The notes beneath the pieces are model-generated. The model made no database searches. It worked only from the letters and a program-made list of their open reading frames with translations, and was not told the DNA's origin. A stretch of 64,000 nucleotides of DNA from Octopus sinensis (lineage: Eukaryota): NCBI RefSeq assembly GCF_006345805.1, contig NC_043012.1, forward strand, positions 20,646,001-20,710,000, given 5' to 3'. A program made the position numbers and the translations under genes. Of this stretch, positions 26,761 through 40,969 are shown piece after piece (the first letter of the stretch is position 1; the number at the start of each line of letters is the position of its first letter).

Positions 26761-29700
26761 CTGAAAGCATTATTAGTAATCTATCATATGTTATCTCTTA
26801 GTTCTCTTGTTTCAAGGAATCGGTGCTGTGATAGGTTAACTTAAGCTTCTTGTAGAACCACATTTGTCCGTCTACGATGAAGATCTCCGAAGTCATCACA
26901 GTTGCCCACATCTTAATCTCCCCAGTTTGAGAAGCATCGTCCTTGTATCATTTCAAAAGAATGTGGACGTCACGGTAAAGATAACATTTTTGGACCAGGA
27001 TTGTAAGATTGTAGTGCTGTACGGGAACGGCAGTAAAGCATTGTCTTAGTCTGATCAAGGAAATGCCTTTGTGGATGTTATACTTTTGGTTTTTGTGTGA
27101 GTCCAGAAGGAATATTGGACACAATGTTGGATGGTGTCATGTTAACAAACAATTGACGGGGTGAACACTTCGTAAATCTACTGAAATTTGTTTCCATCCC
27201 TGAAGCACAACGCCAAAATTCCCCGAATGCTTGTACGGTCATAGACCAACCACATAGTTTATTCAGAGATTACATGGATAAGAATATATTTAGGCTGTAC
27301 ACTAATATAGTTGGGCATGCAATTTCAACAGTTCGCATACACAAACCATAAGTTTATGAAGAGATCTATCAACCTAGATAAAGTCCATTGATGAGTCTGC
27401 GACTACTAGAAGCTGAATGCATGGTTCCCGATGCGAGACACCTAAATAGGTTGGGTTAGAGTGTTAGTTTAGAGTCATTTCTCTGTGACAACAGGGAAAC
27501 GAGCTCTGAAGGGCGCATTTACAATACACTTATTAAATGTTAGCAAAGAAACAACATATAAAATACAGAGTAGAGTTTGAGTTAGTGAGTGAAATAAAAG
27601 AGGTAATTAACACAACGATCGCGACCAAGATGCTAGCTCTTGTTTCAACGGGAAACACAAGAGATGCGTTATAACACGTAAAGCATGACATGAAAGGACG
27701 AAATCTTATCGACCAGCACGGTAGTAAAACAAAATCTGTGGAAACAAATACATAATTTGTACTTTCAAAACTCTGGATGGGCACATGCTATTCCATTTCT
27801 ACGAGTTTTGTGGGGATCTCCAGCTATATTTCGCTGAACTCTTAAGGGTTAATGGTGAGACAAATGAGATCATGGCTCGTAGATAATTGAGGAAGCTGAT
27901 TGCTTAGAAAAGCTTGATTATCGCAGCTGTAATAGTACTACAGGTAGATAACAACTGTATAGAAAGAGTCGTTGCAGTGTTAGAGAGAATGCGACGACTT
28001 GATTGTTCCGAATTTGAAATAGCTTCTTATCACCAAAAGAATAGACACTTATTCCAGGAATTGCGACCGACAGATAGCAACAGCTATCAGAAAACTAAGT
28101 GCCACCACAACCAAAATCGTCACCATCGTCACTGACATCAGTATAGATAGATAGAAAGATTGATAGATGGATACATAGATAGACAGATAGATAGATAGAT
28201 ATGTAGGTAGGTAGGTAGGTAGGTAGGTAGGTAGGTTAAGTACACACATACATATCGATATAGATATATACACACACATATATACATATAAACATGCACG
28301 CACACATGTATGAATATGTGCACACACGTGCACACGTACACACATATGGGTCTGCGTTTGTGTATAAATGTATGTAAGATGCATTTATCGATTGATGTAT
28401 ATATTATTACTCATGGGTTTTTGAAGTCGCTTGTCGAGTGTAGCTGATCGTTTTGTATGTACATAATTATTTTATCAGCTTACCAGTTAGAATTAGCATA
28501 ACAGTTGCCAAAGTGTACTTTCAATAACATCAGTTTCATAAAAAACAGACAAAAATATATATAAGGCACATCTCCTTACTGAATTCTTGAAACTATTTAA
28601 TTCCCAATTCCGTATAATTTTCCGAAGATTAATCATCTTTTAAATAATTCTTGACACGTTGAATTTCTTGGTTTTCATGAATACATCGAATGAAAAAAAC
28701 CCCAAACGCTGAACCCGTTCTATAAATGATAAGTCTACTTAGAAAGATGTTTTATGTAGCGCACGTCTTCATTTATCAATGATACTGCTAATTCTACCCA
28801 GATATTATATGAACATCATATCATTTGTTTTTTGTTTAGTTAACATTTAAGGCTTCTTTTTTGTTACGAAATTTAAATCATTAATCTTAATGAATATAAA
28901 TTAACATCGAAATGCTTCGCAAATTAAATTCCCGGCCGTTTGTGTAATCGGTTAGACAGAATTGCAGAATTTATTGCAAATAATTTCAACATTGTGTTTT
29001 AGCCAACGAAAATAACGAACCAAGAATAAGAATTAAAAGAATTAGGATCCTGCATAGCCGAGTGTATAAACCAACTTGATTCGTGTTTATTAAATAATTT
29101 TTTTTTTTGGAGGAGGGGACTTTTTATGTATTTGATTTTATGTTGTTTTTTTCTATGCTCTTTGTTTTGATGGAAGAAACGTATAAAGATACGACATATT
29201 TAATTATCCAAGAGGTTATTATTTATAGTTTGTGCAATCAGGTGAGTGACTGAAATGATATTAATTTCATCTTTCTATATTCTTTGTTCAAATCTATTGG
29301 GATATTTGCTTTTAATCACTGCTGGGCCGATAAAATAAGTGCTAATCACGTTCTCTGATTGATTAAATTCACAATCCTTTCATACATATTTTAGTCACGT
29401 GTTAAAGTAGTGTATTGGTAATCATTACTCGTGTTATTATTATATTATCCATCATTACTACTATGATTATTATATTGCAGAAATGTAAACTAATTTTGTA
29501 CACTGTAAACTAATGTGTTCTTTTTTCTGTCAAAACTAGCGTTTCACTCTTTCAGTTTCGCTGCATTGCGGAGAGTATATACCTTTATCCATTTCTAATT
29601 TCAATACCAGACCAGAATTGAAGGGGATTAGTCGATTCCACCAAACCCTATATTTGCCTGCTACACTACTTTATTGTCCACAAACGTATGAAATTCAAAG

Positions 29701-32261
29701 TTTATTTCTGCGGAGTTTAAACTCTGATCATAAAGAACCCTTGCCGCACACCGAAAGTCATTTTCGAAGTTCTACAGACTCTAAAAATTCACCGCCATAG
29801 GATATACAATAGTAATATCCATGAATTAATATAATTTAATACAAGGAAGTAACACACAAGAACTATCATGTGATATATATTCATTACGGTTCAATGAGGC
29901 TTAAACAGGTTTTACAGGTATTAAAAAGATATCTTCGTATATTATTATGTCTTACGCCAGATAACTGAGACACTCTTGAAGTCATTGGCAAAAATCCGAT
30001 CGTTAACGTTCGGATCAGAACCAAAATCGACTTAGAAATGCCTTCCTCATATTTAAACAACAAATACCTAATTTGCCGATGTACACGAGACTTTATCAAA
30101 ATGGAGTTTAATATCTAGAAGTGTACTAAACTGCGTTGATTGACATAAATTTGTGTACAGTTATATTTAATATATAATGACGTGACTGGACGGTAGGATG
30201 TATGTTTCTTCATTGTTACGCTTCATTAGCGACGAAATTCTATTTCCGTAGTTTGACATTGCTTTGTCCTCAACAGCAAATGTAATTTTTGTAGTTTACA
30301 TATCAGAACGGGAGGACTTAATGGGCTCTGATCAATAGATTCGGTATCCTGGGCTGAGAAAGTGTACCAACGCACCAACGTGTCCGGTGGTCTGATGCGT
30401 TGATTCATTGTGCAATAATGTGTTTCTCATGCATGTTGTCTATAAGGGAAATTTTTCTGTCGGGGCAGTTTCGGCAGCAATGTTATTTATCCGTTTGAAT
30501 ATACATGAACGTTTTAAATATACTTGTACATATCTAGATTTCAACCACTGCTGTTTCGTGTACCTCAAATTAATAACTACCTTGGGTTGTCGTAGTGGTG
30601 GCGCTGATGATTCAGCCCTGATCGACTAGATATATGATCCAAAGAATTACAGATGTGAGGCAGTCCTAACAGTACATTTCGATCAGATTTGGCTCCTGTC
30701 TTGTAGATGTTTCACTATGTATTATAATAACAGATCGACCGCCGTTCGGTATCCAGTCGCCAGGTTTAAAATTTGCAATGTCTGAAGTAATATTTTATAC
30801 GCACAAGCTTTTCGATAAACCTGCACAAACATAAGTGAAATTCACTAGTAATATACCATATATATTATATTCCAGTCCTTTTTTACTACGATAATCTTGT
30901 AGGTAAAATCCGACTATTTTGTGTCTTCTTTTTAAATAAGATAAAATCACACAGTGTAGTAAACAAAGCAAAGAAAGCCGCCAACTTGTAGCATATTTTC
31001 TCATGACTATGTATATATTAGGCGCTACCCTGACAGGTGAATTAAATCTGAAATGTAACTAGGCTACTGCTGGTTGAAAACTATATATTTTACTCTATAT
31101 AAAGTCCATAAAATTTTTATGTTACTGCCATGTGAAGGGGGTGGAGTTGAAGTAATGGCTTTGCGGGGGATGCGATGAAGAGCATTTCATGATAGCTTTG
31201 TGAGTCATAGTTTTGCATTCCAAACCTGAGTTAAAGATAATTTGTTAATCTTGCTACTGGCGAACTATAAAATATATAACGGCAATAATATACAGAGATT
31301 ACTTTAATAACAGGTTAACTTTTAGAATAAGAAACGTATAATTTGCTGTCAAGGAAAATAACTATTATTTACTTTCTTTAATGCTGTAATCTGTTGAAAT
31401 GTGTGTGTTCGTAAATGTCGATGAATTTACTTGTTTCGGTAATAATTTGCAGTTTGAATACCTTCATATCTGCTGTAATGAACGCCCTAAGAAATGGGAG
31501 AAGCAATTTTTTTCTATCTTCAGAGAAGGAAGAATTAGGATCCTGTGCTCTTGTAAGAAAAATAAATGTTTTGCCTTCTATTTTTAGACACATAACCATG
31601 AAGTCCATCTAAAAGCAATGTACCTTACTTTCAAATAAAAGGGACCAATGGTTACACTTTTCAAAATGTTTCATTTTAAATATGGCAATGAGTTGTTTTA
31701 GAGGGAAATTAGCTCATGTTTTTATGAAGTCTATCGACCATGTTATGATTCCGCTTCCGTCTCGTGTATAAAACGTTTCTTTAATACTGACCTTTTGCAA
31801 GTTGATGTTATGCAATTACATATTTTTGTTGCCAGTAAGGTCTTCTGAGTTTCTAATATGTAGCAGTCACGTTTATATTACATACGTGGTTCACAGTGGA
31901 AAATATTAATTACAATATGCGCCGTTTCTAAGAATGACAGACTTTCGAAATATATAATGAATAGTTATATTTCTATGACAAATATTGTTATTGTACAGTA
32001 GAAATATGTATGCACAGCGATATTAATGCTTGCATGATTGAGTATGTCATAATTGAACACAAACTCATTATTTAAATGAGAAACAACCTTCGAAGCGTAT
32101 AGAAATATAAAAGAATTACTCTATCGTTTGCAGGGTGACTGCATTACCAATTACACAATAGATTGCCTATATTTAATTGATGCAACTAGTGCATCTCAAT
32201 ATGGTCTCCCGTGTGCTTGAAATAGTAGCAAAGTCTTTTAAAACTTACACAACGTTGTCTT

Positions 32262-33422
32262 CAATGCCCCCATGCAATACCAGGCAGTAGATCTCGTTGC
32301 TCACATGCGACAGCAGACAGTGGTTCTCAATGCGCTGATGCAGTACCAGGCAGCGGCTCAAAATACCATGATGCAGTACAAGGAAGTGGCACTCAATGCC
32401 GTCAAACATTACAAGGCACCGGCTCCAATGCTCTCATGCACTAATAGGCAGTGATTCTAAACGACTAGATTCAGTACCAGGCAGTGGCTCTGAGTGATCT
32501 GATGCTATACCAGGCAGGGTTTCTTAATGTCCTAATGCAAATACCAGGCTGTGGATCTCAATGCACTGATGCAATACCAGTAATTGGCTCTTAATGTCCT
32601 GATAGAATACCAGGCAGGGTTACCAATGCTCTGATGGAACTTGACAATGGTTCTAAAAGACCTGATGCATTACCAGGTATTGGCTCTTAGTGGCCTAATG
32701 CAACACCAAGCATGGTCTCTCAATGCCCGAGCACAATACCAGGCATTAGCTCTCGATACCCTGATGCGGAACCAGGTACTGACTCCCAATGCCCTGATGC
32801 AGTACCAGGTAGTGGTTCTCAATGCCCAGCTACAATCTTACGTAGTAGCTTTCAATGCTCTATGCAGTGCCAGGCAATGTTTCTCAATGCCCTCATGCAC
32901 TACATAGCAAAGCTCTCAATGCCGTCATGCAGTACCAGGCAGCGTCTCTCGTTGCTCTGATCTAATAACAGGCGGTGGCACTCAAAGCCTTTATGCAATA
33001 CCAGGCTGTGGCTCTCAATCACATGATGTAAATCCAGACAGTGGTGCTCTGTACCCTGATTCAGTACCAGCCACTGGCTCTCAAAGCCCTGATGCAATAC
33101 AAGACAGTGGTTCTCAATGCCCTAATTGAGTTCCAAGCAGGTGCTCTCAACGCCCTGACTCAATAACAGGCAGGGTCTCTCAATGTCCTAATGTAGTAAC
33201 AGGCAACGGCTCTCAATGCAATGATTCAAAACCAGACAGTGGCTCTTAATGCCCTGATGCAATACCAGGTTATGTCTCTCAAAGCCCTGTTGCAGTACTA
33301 GGCTATGTCTCCCAATGCCCTGATGCATTACCAAGCAATGTATGTCAATGCCCTGATGCAGGCAGTGGCTCTGAAGGACCTCATGCAATACCAGCCATTG
33401 GGTCTTAATGCCCTCATGTAAG
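32262..33422. repeat. Degenerate 33-bp minisatellite, ~36 units, consensus CAATGCCCTGATGCAATACCAGGCAGTGGCTCT
   Basis: Units aligned by eye, with roughly 20% substitution per unit and a handful of indels. Frames give NALMQYQAVAL, QCPDAIPGSGS and, on the minus strand, HQGIESHCLVL. Confidence 0.95.
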
Positions 33423-34904
33423 GCCACAATTACCATCGCGTTCCCATTATTCACTTGTAGCACCATTAATACTAAATTTATTTATTAACTTTTTTAAGAC
33501 GGTGCAATGAATTTACCCCGAACATATGCTATTTGCTGCTGCGAATAGTAGTATTTCTTTTCAGGATTAACTTTATTGCCCTCATCTAACCTCATTCTAT
33601 TTATTTCTTACGTCTAGTCACTCTTCAACTCATAATTTTCCTTCTACACGTTTCTCTCTCGCTCTCTCTCGCTCTCTCTCCCTCTCTCTTTGTTGCCATT
33701 GCCCTATTTGTCTTTGTCTTAACCTCTCCATTTTTAGTCTAACCCCAATATTATTTCCCAAAAGGTTGTTCTTTGCTTCCCTAGACTAATTTGATTTTAA
33801 ACATACACATCTCACTATCAAATATTATTAACTTTATTCTGATGAGACGAAATGACGTAACTTCAGGTAGTGTAGTAAAAATACAATAAAAATATCCCTA
33901 CCCAGCTTGTAATACTGGCTTCTGTGTAATTGCGACCGTATCTCTGTGTAAATATCCAGGACCTTATGCTAACACTTTGTTATAAAGACTACCCAAAAGT
34001 AGCTCATTTCAAAGCGAACTGAAATAATATCTATAATTCAAGAACATATACGAAATGAAAGTTAAGAAATGTATCTCCTTGAAAAGCCACATTCTACGTC
34101 ACGTCGTTTAATTGTCTAGTTGTTTCTGTATGCTAAAATAGTTAGAACAATTATGATCATTGGATATTAAAAAAAAACAATTGTAATGAAGGTGTGATTT
34201 ATTATTGAATTATTTAAATGTTTTTCTATACTTATGGGAACTTTTCAACATAAGACTCTCCTACAATATATTTCCTCTAGGAAAAGATCCCTTATAAAAT
34301 TACCAGTATTTTACGATGGAGCGTAACTAATAATGGGACACTTTATGTATACTGTAACTGTTTTTCAAATCCCAAATGCATTTACAAAGATTCGTAAAAT
34401 TTTGTTTTCTCCCAAACTAAAACGAAGAATGGTTATGCAATCTAGACTTCCAAATTGTTGCCTACGATTCCTTGCGACTGCCATACAGACGTTACTTGTA
34501 CAGAGTTGCTAAAACCCATAGTTACCAAGAAATTAGCAGGTCGTTCTGTCCCTGTCCAGTAGTATGCCCAGTCGAATTCTATTATGGCTTTCCCAGATGT
34601 TAGTCTTATATCACCTTCATGTTTAGATAAATTTGCTCTCCTCATCGCGAAAATTAAAGCCTTAGTAGGTTCTTTATAGTTATCTGCCTAGAGTTAATTA
34701 CCTTATTTGCCTATATATATAGTGAATTCAAATAAACAAACAATTGAAATAACCTGAAGCAATTAAAAAACAAGAAAACACAACGGACGTCAGGACGTGC
34801 ACAAAAGTATATACGCTTGACGCTCGGTGAAAAGAGGGAGTTAAACAAAGGAAAAGAAACTGCCAACGGACCACGTGTAGTTATATTGCTGAAATCAATA
34901 TAGA

Positions 34905-34905
34905 C

Positions 34906-35004
<99 letters not shown>

Positions 35005-35005
35005 G
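34905..35005. repeat. (GATA)n microsatellite
   Basis: Direct repeat run. Confidence 0.97.
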
Positions 35006-37210
35006 ACAGAAACAGAGAGAGAAAGAAAGAGGCGGCAGAGAAAGATTTGCTTTTATGCTTGCATGAATGTCATGAATACTACAAAGCGAAATTTTATAGT
35101 CACTACACTAAGGTTCACTTTATACTTTTATGCCACCACGAAATTGTCGGTGTTTGTATAGATTTATAAGCTTTGGCAAATTTCTGCTAATAACAATTAA
35201 AATTCGAATATATATAAACTTACAATTTAATATTTGCCATTTAAAATATAATCTGTACCAATTCTTATACATGAAATTCTAATATAAAATTAAGCGTAAA
35301 TATAATAGAAGATTATAAGATAATATTTTTAAAATACGAAAACAAACATAATGGAGGTTTTCGATCTTTGTCCTCAATGAAAATGTCTATTTGATATCTA
35401 CAGTTACTTTGTCAACTTCTAGGAAGAAACTCGTCTGGAGATTCCTTTAGAGTAAGTATATGATCCGCAACGTTATTTCGGTAATAATTTGAATATTATA
35501 GCTCCCTTAACGATGAAATTACTTTGGAAATGCTTGCAAAGTTTTTATAAGTTCTTTGAAAGGTTCTGAATATTCTCTGAATATTTAGAATTCTCTTTCG
35601 AAAGTGGCACAATATATCGAAGTCTACTTAAATGTATTTCGAATGAAAACTGAAAACTTTTGGGAAAACCAGTAACTCCTTTCCACGTAATTGGTATATG
35701 AAATATTAAATATTGTATTAAATATTGAATTGTCTATGCAATGTTCTAATCTTTTAAAAACTAGAAGAGCTGGTTAACAAGCAGTTATATACACGTGTAA
35801 CTTTCTCACTGTATTCCCTCTAACCTTTCACTGTGTTTTTTTTTTTTTTCTTGTCTGTGTTTAGTTACCTAATCATAGTCTTATCCTTTGTTCCTTTACA
35901 ACTCTAAAGTATAAATGTACGATTCAATTTGCCATGCATCTATACAAGCTTTCGTTCATTCCATCTCTCTCCTATCTTTTAAAAGATTACCTACAACTTG
36001 GACCAAACAGCCAACATATCACCTGAATCGAGCATATTTTTTAACTGGTGGCGCCTACTTCAGTCCAACCAACATTCTATACGAAACCTCTATTCGGAAC
36101 TACAGTATTCTTGTGCGCCCTGCTGGCTGGCTTGTTTCCGCAACACTGCAGAAATGTTTGCTGGATATCATCGATATAGAAATGAAGAAATGAAATGAAA
36201 GTAATTCATGCACAAGCAATTCCAATTAATATTATATATTTTCTTCGAAGAAGAATAACTAACAAATGATATTAATGAGATTTCCACCTCCAGAGAGTAT
36301 GACTGAAATTACAAATGAATATAAGGTTTATTTAAATATTCTTTCAATTTCTATACTTGTTTTTCAGAAATATGATACCTCCTCCTCAAACTGTAATGCT
36401 TTTAAGGCAATTAAAATGCATTCTATGTTTGTGAGTAATCTTTTGACTAATTTAGATATTTAATTGAAATACAGTTCTTTCACCTATGGAGAATGATATT
36501 TTGACTACAGAATATATGTAATTACATTTACATATCTCTTGTTTTTGAATCCTAAATGTTGATTTCTTACAGGTAAAAATACATACAAGTGGAATGTTGA
36601 TTAAAGCAAATACTTTATTGGAAATTGTTTTCTCACCCTGGAAACAAAGGTTGGGTCTGCTTGATGTGAATTTGTTCGCCGTACAAAAGATACACAAGAA
36701 CTGTAACTGAATGCAAAAGTTATACTTATATGCAAGACATTATTTCAAACGTTCTAAGAATTTTACATCACCTTCTATGGATATTGAAAAAAATAGTAAA
36801 TTCAAGTCGTTACTCTGGCTCAAAGAAATGTAGCACTTCAGATGAGAATTAATTACAAGAAGTAATTGATTCTATACTAACAACTATAACTAAGAAACGA
36901 AACACACCTCATATAAATCTTGATAATTATTATACCTTCAAGGAAATTTCAGTAATATATAATAGACTAGACAACTTGAGAAATGTTGTCTGTCTAAACC
37001 TAGAAAACATTATTTCTAAGGCGTCTTTTGGCGGTTTTTAATAAATAACACCCGTAAAAGAGATAGGACACAGCTATATTCTTAAAGTATTCTGAAAGTT
37101 ATTCGTGTAATTCTATGATGTGTACGTAGTGGAAATCACTAGTGGCTCCTAATGCATAGGGGAGATCATTTCTGAAAAATATTAATTCGGTTCTCACAGA
37201 ATATTTTAGG

Positions 37211-37372
37211 GGTATGAGTAGGTGTGTGGTAAGTAGCTTGCTTGCAAACCACATGGTTCTGTGTTCAGTCCCACTGCGTGCTACCTTGGGCAAGTGTCTT
37301 CTGCTATAGTCTTGGACCGACCAAAGCCTTGTGAGTAGATTTGGTAGACGGAAACTGAAAGAAGCCCGTCGC

Positions 37373-37421
<49 letters not shown>

Positions 37422-37656
37422 TGTATGTATGTATGTGTGTGTGTGTACATGTTTGTGCGTGTGTGTCACCCCAACATCGTTTGACAACCGATGCTAGTTT
37501 GTTTACGTCCTCGTAACTTAGCGGCTCGGCAAAAGTGACCGACATAATGAGTACTGGTCTTACAAAGAATGAGTCCTGGGGTCGATTTACTCGACTAAAG
37601 GCGATGCTCCGGCATGGCCGCAGTCAACATGACTGAAACAAGTAAAAGAGTAAAAG
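37211..37656 (+). mobile_element. tRNA-derived SINE, family A, near full length with internal microsatellite
   Basis: Head gtgtggtaagtagcttgcttgcaaaccacatggttctgtgttcagtcccactgcgtg, internal (TA)/(TATG)/(TG), and 3' part ..ggggtcgattt.ctcgactaaaggcg.tgctcc.gcatggccgcagtc..tgactgaaacaagtaaaag. Confidence 0.9.
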
Positions 37657-37801
37657 TATTTAAGTTTGAACATAGTTGAACGACGATGAACATATTTCAG
37701 GTTGCTAAACCTCGACAAGATAAAGTAGGGTCTGACATAATTTTGCATATAGAATAGAAGTCATGAATATTGTTAACCAGTGTCATTTGAATGATTAGTG
37801 T

Positions 37802-38103
37802 GGAGGCACATGGCCTAGTGGTTAGAGCAGCGGACTCGCTGTCGAGGGATCGCGGGTTCGAATCTCAGACCCGGCGATGTGTGTGTTTATGAGTGAAACA
37901 CCTAAGCTCCACGCGGCTCCGACGGAATGTAATGGCCAAACTTCTGCTGACTCTTTCGCCACAAATTCCTCTCACTCTTTCCTCCTGCATCTTGCAGCTC
38001 ACCTGCAGCGGACCAGCGTCCCGTCCAGTTAGGGAACCTATACGCCAAAAAACCGGGAAATCGGCCCTTATGAGCCAAGCATGGCTCGAGAAGGAACTAA
38101 CAA
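37802..38103 (+). mobile_element. tRNA-derived SINE, family C-related
   Basis: A box tggcctagtggttaga and B box gggttcgaatctc, followed by a non-tRNA body. Confidence 0.85.
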
Positions 38104-39884
38104 CTTGAATGATTAGATAAGAAATGAGCTAAGACGAAATATTTAATTTTGAAATGGTATGAATTTGAATAACCGAAGAGGTGCTATTCTTAGTAGCTAA
38201 TTAGTTAAAATTACCCTCACAGAAAAAAGGAAAATTGAAAATAATTCCAAGAAATCAGGAGTTAACCTCTGAAAGTTAGTCATATGCCAATGAGGAAAAT
38301 TTGTTCTTTGCAGGTAAGATCCAAACAGGGACATGTTTCCGTCTATGGGAAATCATCAATTAAATTAATCAATTACAGCTTGTTTTATCAGGTGGCAACG
38401 TTTATGAAATATAAATTTTGACATCTTTTTGAAACATAAATGTATTAAAATTAATTTTATCGGCAGTACACTTTGCATAATCAAGATCTAAAATGTCCTC
38501 AGGGTAAAAATTTACTTTCTTTCGCAACTAAGAGCATATTTACAATTAATTAAGGTTATTTTCTGTGTAGTATTCAATGACTCACCCCTTGAATTATTTA
38601 TCCAAATTCATGTCCTTGTCATCATCGACTTTTTTTTTCTTTAGCTTGTTTTAGTTTTTAATGAAAGTATGTGTTGTTTGTTCTTAATTAAAGAGTGAAT
38701 TTTTCGCTTTGAGTTTCAAGGCGCATAATTTGTTCGTTGTTACATCATACTCTCAACTAGTGTTTATTCATCTGTATGTAATGTACTTTTTTAACTTGCT
38801 TCCGGCTGAGAGATCTATCTGACTTCTTTACAGTAAGTAAACAAAATTCATAGTACGTTTATAGTTATTATGTGCATAATGGTGTTGTTATGCACAACTA
38901 ACTTGACAGAAATGCATTTAATCGCCATGTGTTACTGCAGCGGCGACGAAATGATGCGAAGTGACAGTGTTAGTCAAGCGATGAGGACTCGTGTTATCCA
39001 ATGCGACAAGGAAATTGATTGGTTGACAAAGAAATAAATAATGTAACTACTGAGTTGTTTCTACAATGTAAATATGTTTGTTTAATCCATTTGGTTTGTA
39101 ATTCGGAGAAATTTAAAATAACAACTTTTATATTTTAAATAAGACTTTAGTAACAAAATGTCGTTCGGATATCATTAATGAAATAACAAATATTCGTTTA
39201 TTTTAGTGCCAGAATTTCATTTTTGGTTTAAAGAGCAATTTATATTAGAAAACTGTATTTAAAAAGATACATAGAGTAATGTAGGGTAATCCATCATATT
39301 AAGATATATAATTTAGTAATAAACGACAGGCAAAAACTATCAAATCAACATCAATTTGAGTTAAAAGTTAATTGAGTTCATGAAACAAACAAAAAAAATG
39401 TGAAATAAGATATACGATATGTGTGGTTCTGTGATGAGCTCTTCTTTGTGTATGTCTGCATATGTGTCTATTGTTTTTGGATGGGTTTGCGTATGTAACT
39501 TTGCGTATTCGGCTGAGTGTGTAAATGTATGTGATTATTGTAGAAATGTCTATGGGCTTTTATGTGAGCGCGTATTTTATATCTAAACATAAATTATTAT
39601 CTCGTTTAGGATTTATTGTCTTACTGCAGATCTTTCTTTTTTTTTTTTTAACTGTCATATAATGAATGAAATTGAAATGATTGATTTCTTTAAAATTATA
39701 AATTTTTTAAACAGTTAAAAGTTATCCGCCAGTATGTATGTGTGTGTGTGTGGGTGCGCGCACGTGTTTGTGTATGTGTGTGAGTGTATGCGTCTATGTG
39801 TGTATGTGTGTGTTTAAATTTGTCCTAGAATTTAGAGATAAAACCTTTTCAGCAATTGATTTCAACCAAAATCATGAAATGTTC

Positions 39885-39922
<38 letters not shown>

Positions 39923-40299
39923 AAGAAAGAGAGAGAGAGAAAGAAAGAAAGAGAGAGAGAGAGAGTAAAACTCATGTGGAAAAAAATGATGATGCTATTA
40001 AAGAAACATATTAAGAAAATAACAATCATTTCGTGCTAATAAATATTTACGTAAATATAGAAAAAAAACTGTGATGCAGAAATTTCTATGGGAGGAAAAG
40101 TAGTTTAAATAAATAAAGATATATTAACGATCTTCTTTTCCTAGAGACTAAGTCTAACGATTCTATAAATATAAAAATATACATACTCAGATGTGAGCAC
40201 ACAGAGACACAAGCAAATGTACAGAAATATAGATGTGTGTATATGTATATAACTGTCTTACTTTCTGTAGGTATATAGATAAATAAAAAGCTAGACTTA

Positions 40300-40325
40300 C
40301 AGATAGATAGATAGATGGATAGATG

Positions 40326-40372
<47 letters not shown>

Positions 40373-40420
40373 GGATGGATACATAGATTGACTAATAGAT
40401 AGATAGACAGACAGTCAGAC

Positions 40421-40486
<66 letters not shown>

Positions 40487-40488
40487 TT
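40300..40488. repeat. (GATA)n microsatellite with variants
   Basis: Direct repeat run. Confidence 0.95.
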
Positions 40489-40647
40489 ACTAAACATGGA
40501 AATACATATATTTATAATCATATGCGCTGCATATAAGTTTGCAGGTGTCTCGAAGTGAGACGGTATAAAACAAAATTGGCACACAAAAAGCTAACGCAAT
40601 CTGGACAATTTCTATAGAGAAAGAAGGAATGCTTTATCTCTGCATCT

Positions 40648-40681
<34 letters not shown>

Positions 40682-40795
40682 ACACTTTCTCTCTCTTTCT
40701 GTGTTACTCATTGACTGGTTCTATATATATTTGTATGTATGTGTGTATACATAAATACACACACACATATAAATATATATGTATGTATATATGTA

Positions 40796-40839
<44 letters not shown>

Positions 40840-40926
40840 TATTCGAGACAAAACCACTATTTTGCAAAACAAACAAGGAAAGACTTAATCAATACATAAA
40901 ATTTTAATAAATAGTCAAAAAAACCG

Positions 40927-40969
40927 CCACTACAATCGTTTCTTGTCTTGATCGACAATCTTCAGGTGG
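40927..40969 (-). ncRNA. Minimal type I hammerhead ribozyme motif (array unit 1, left arm)
   Basis: Reverse complement reads CCAC-CTGAAGA-TTGTC-gatcaa-GACAA-GAAAC-GATT-GTA-GTGG. Confidence 0.8.

Noticed and set aside
32262-33422. CRISPR-like array
   Set aside because: Units are contiguous degenerate repeats with no unique spacers, there are no cas genes, and the context is eukaryotic.
33835-33862. CTGATGA-GAC-GAAA as a hammerhead (similar near-misses at ~14575-14612 on the minus strand and ~30604 on the plus strand)
   Set aside because: Helix II cannot form, helix I does not pair, or the cleavage position is G; consistent with chance.
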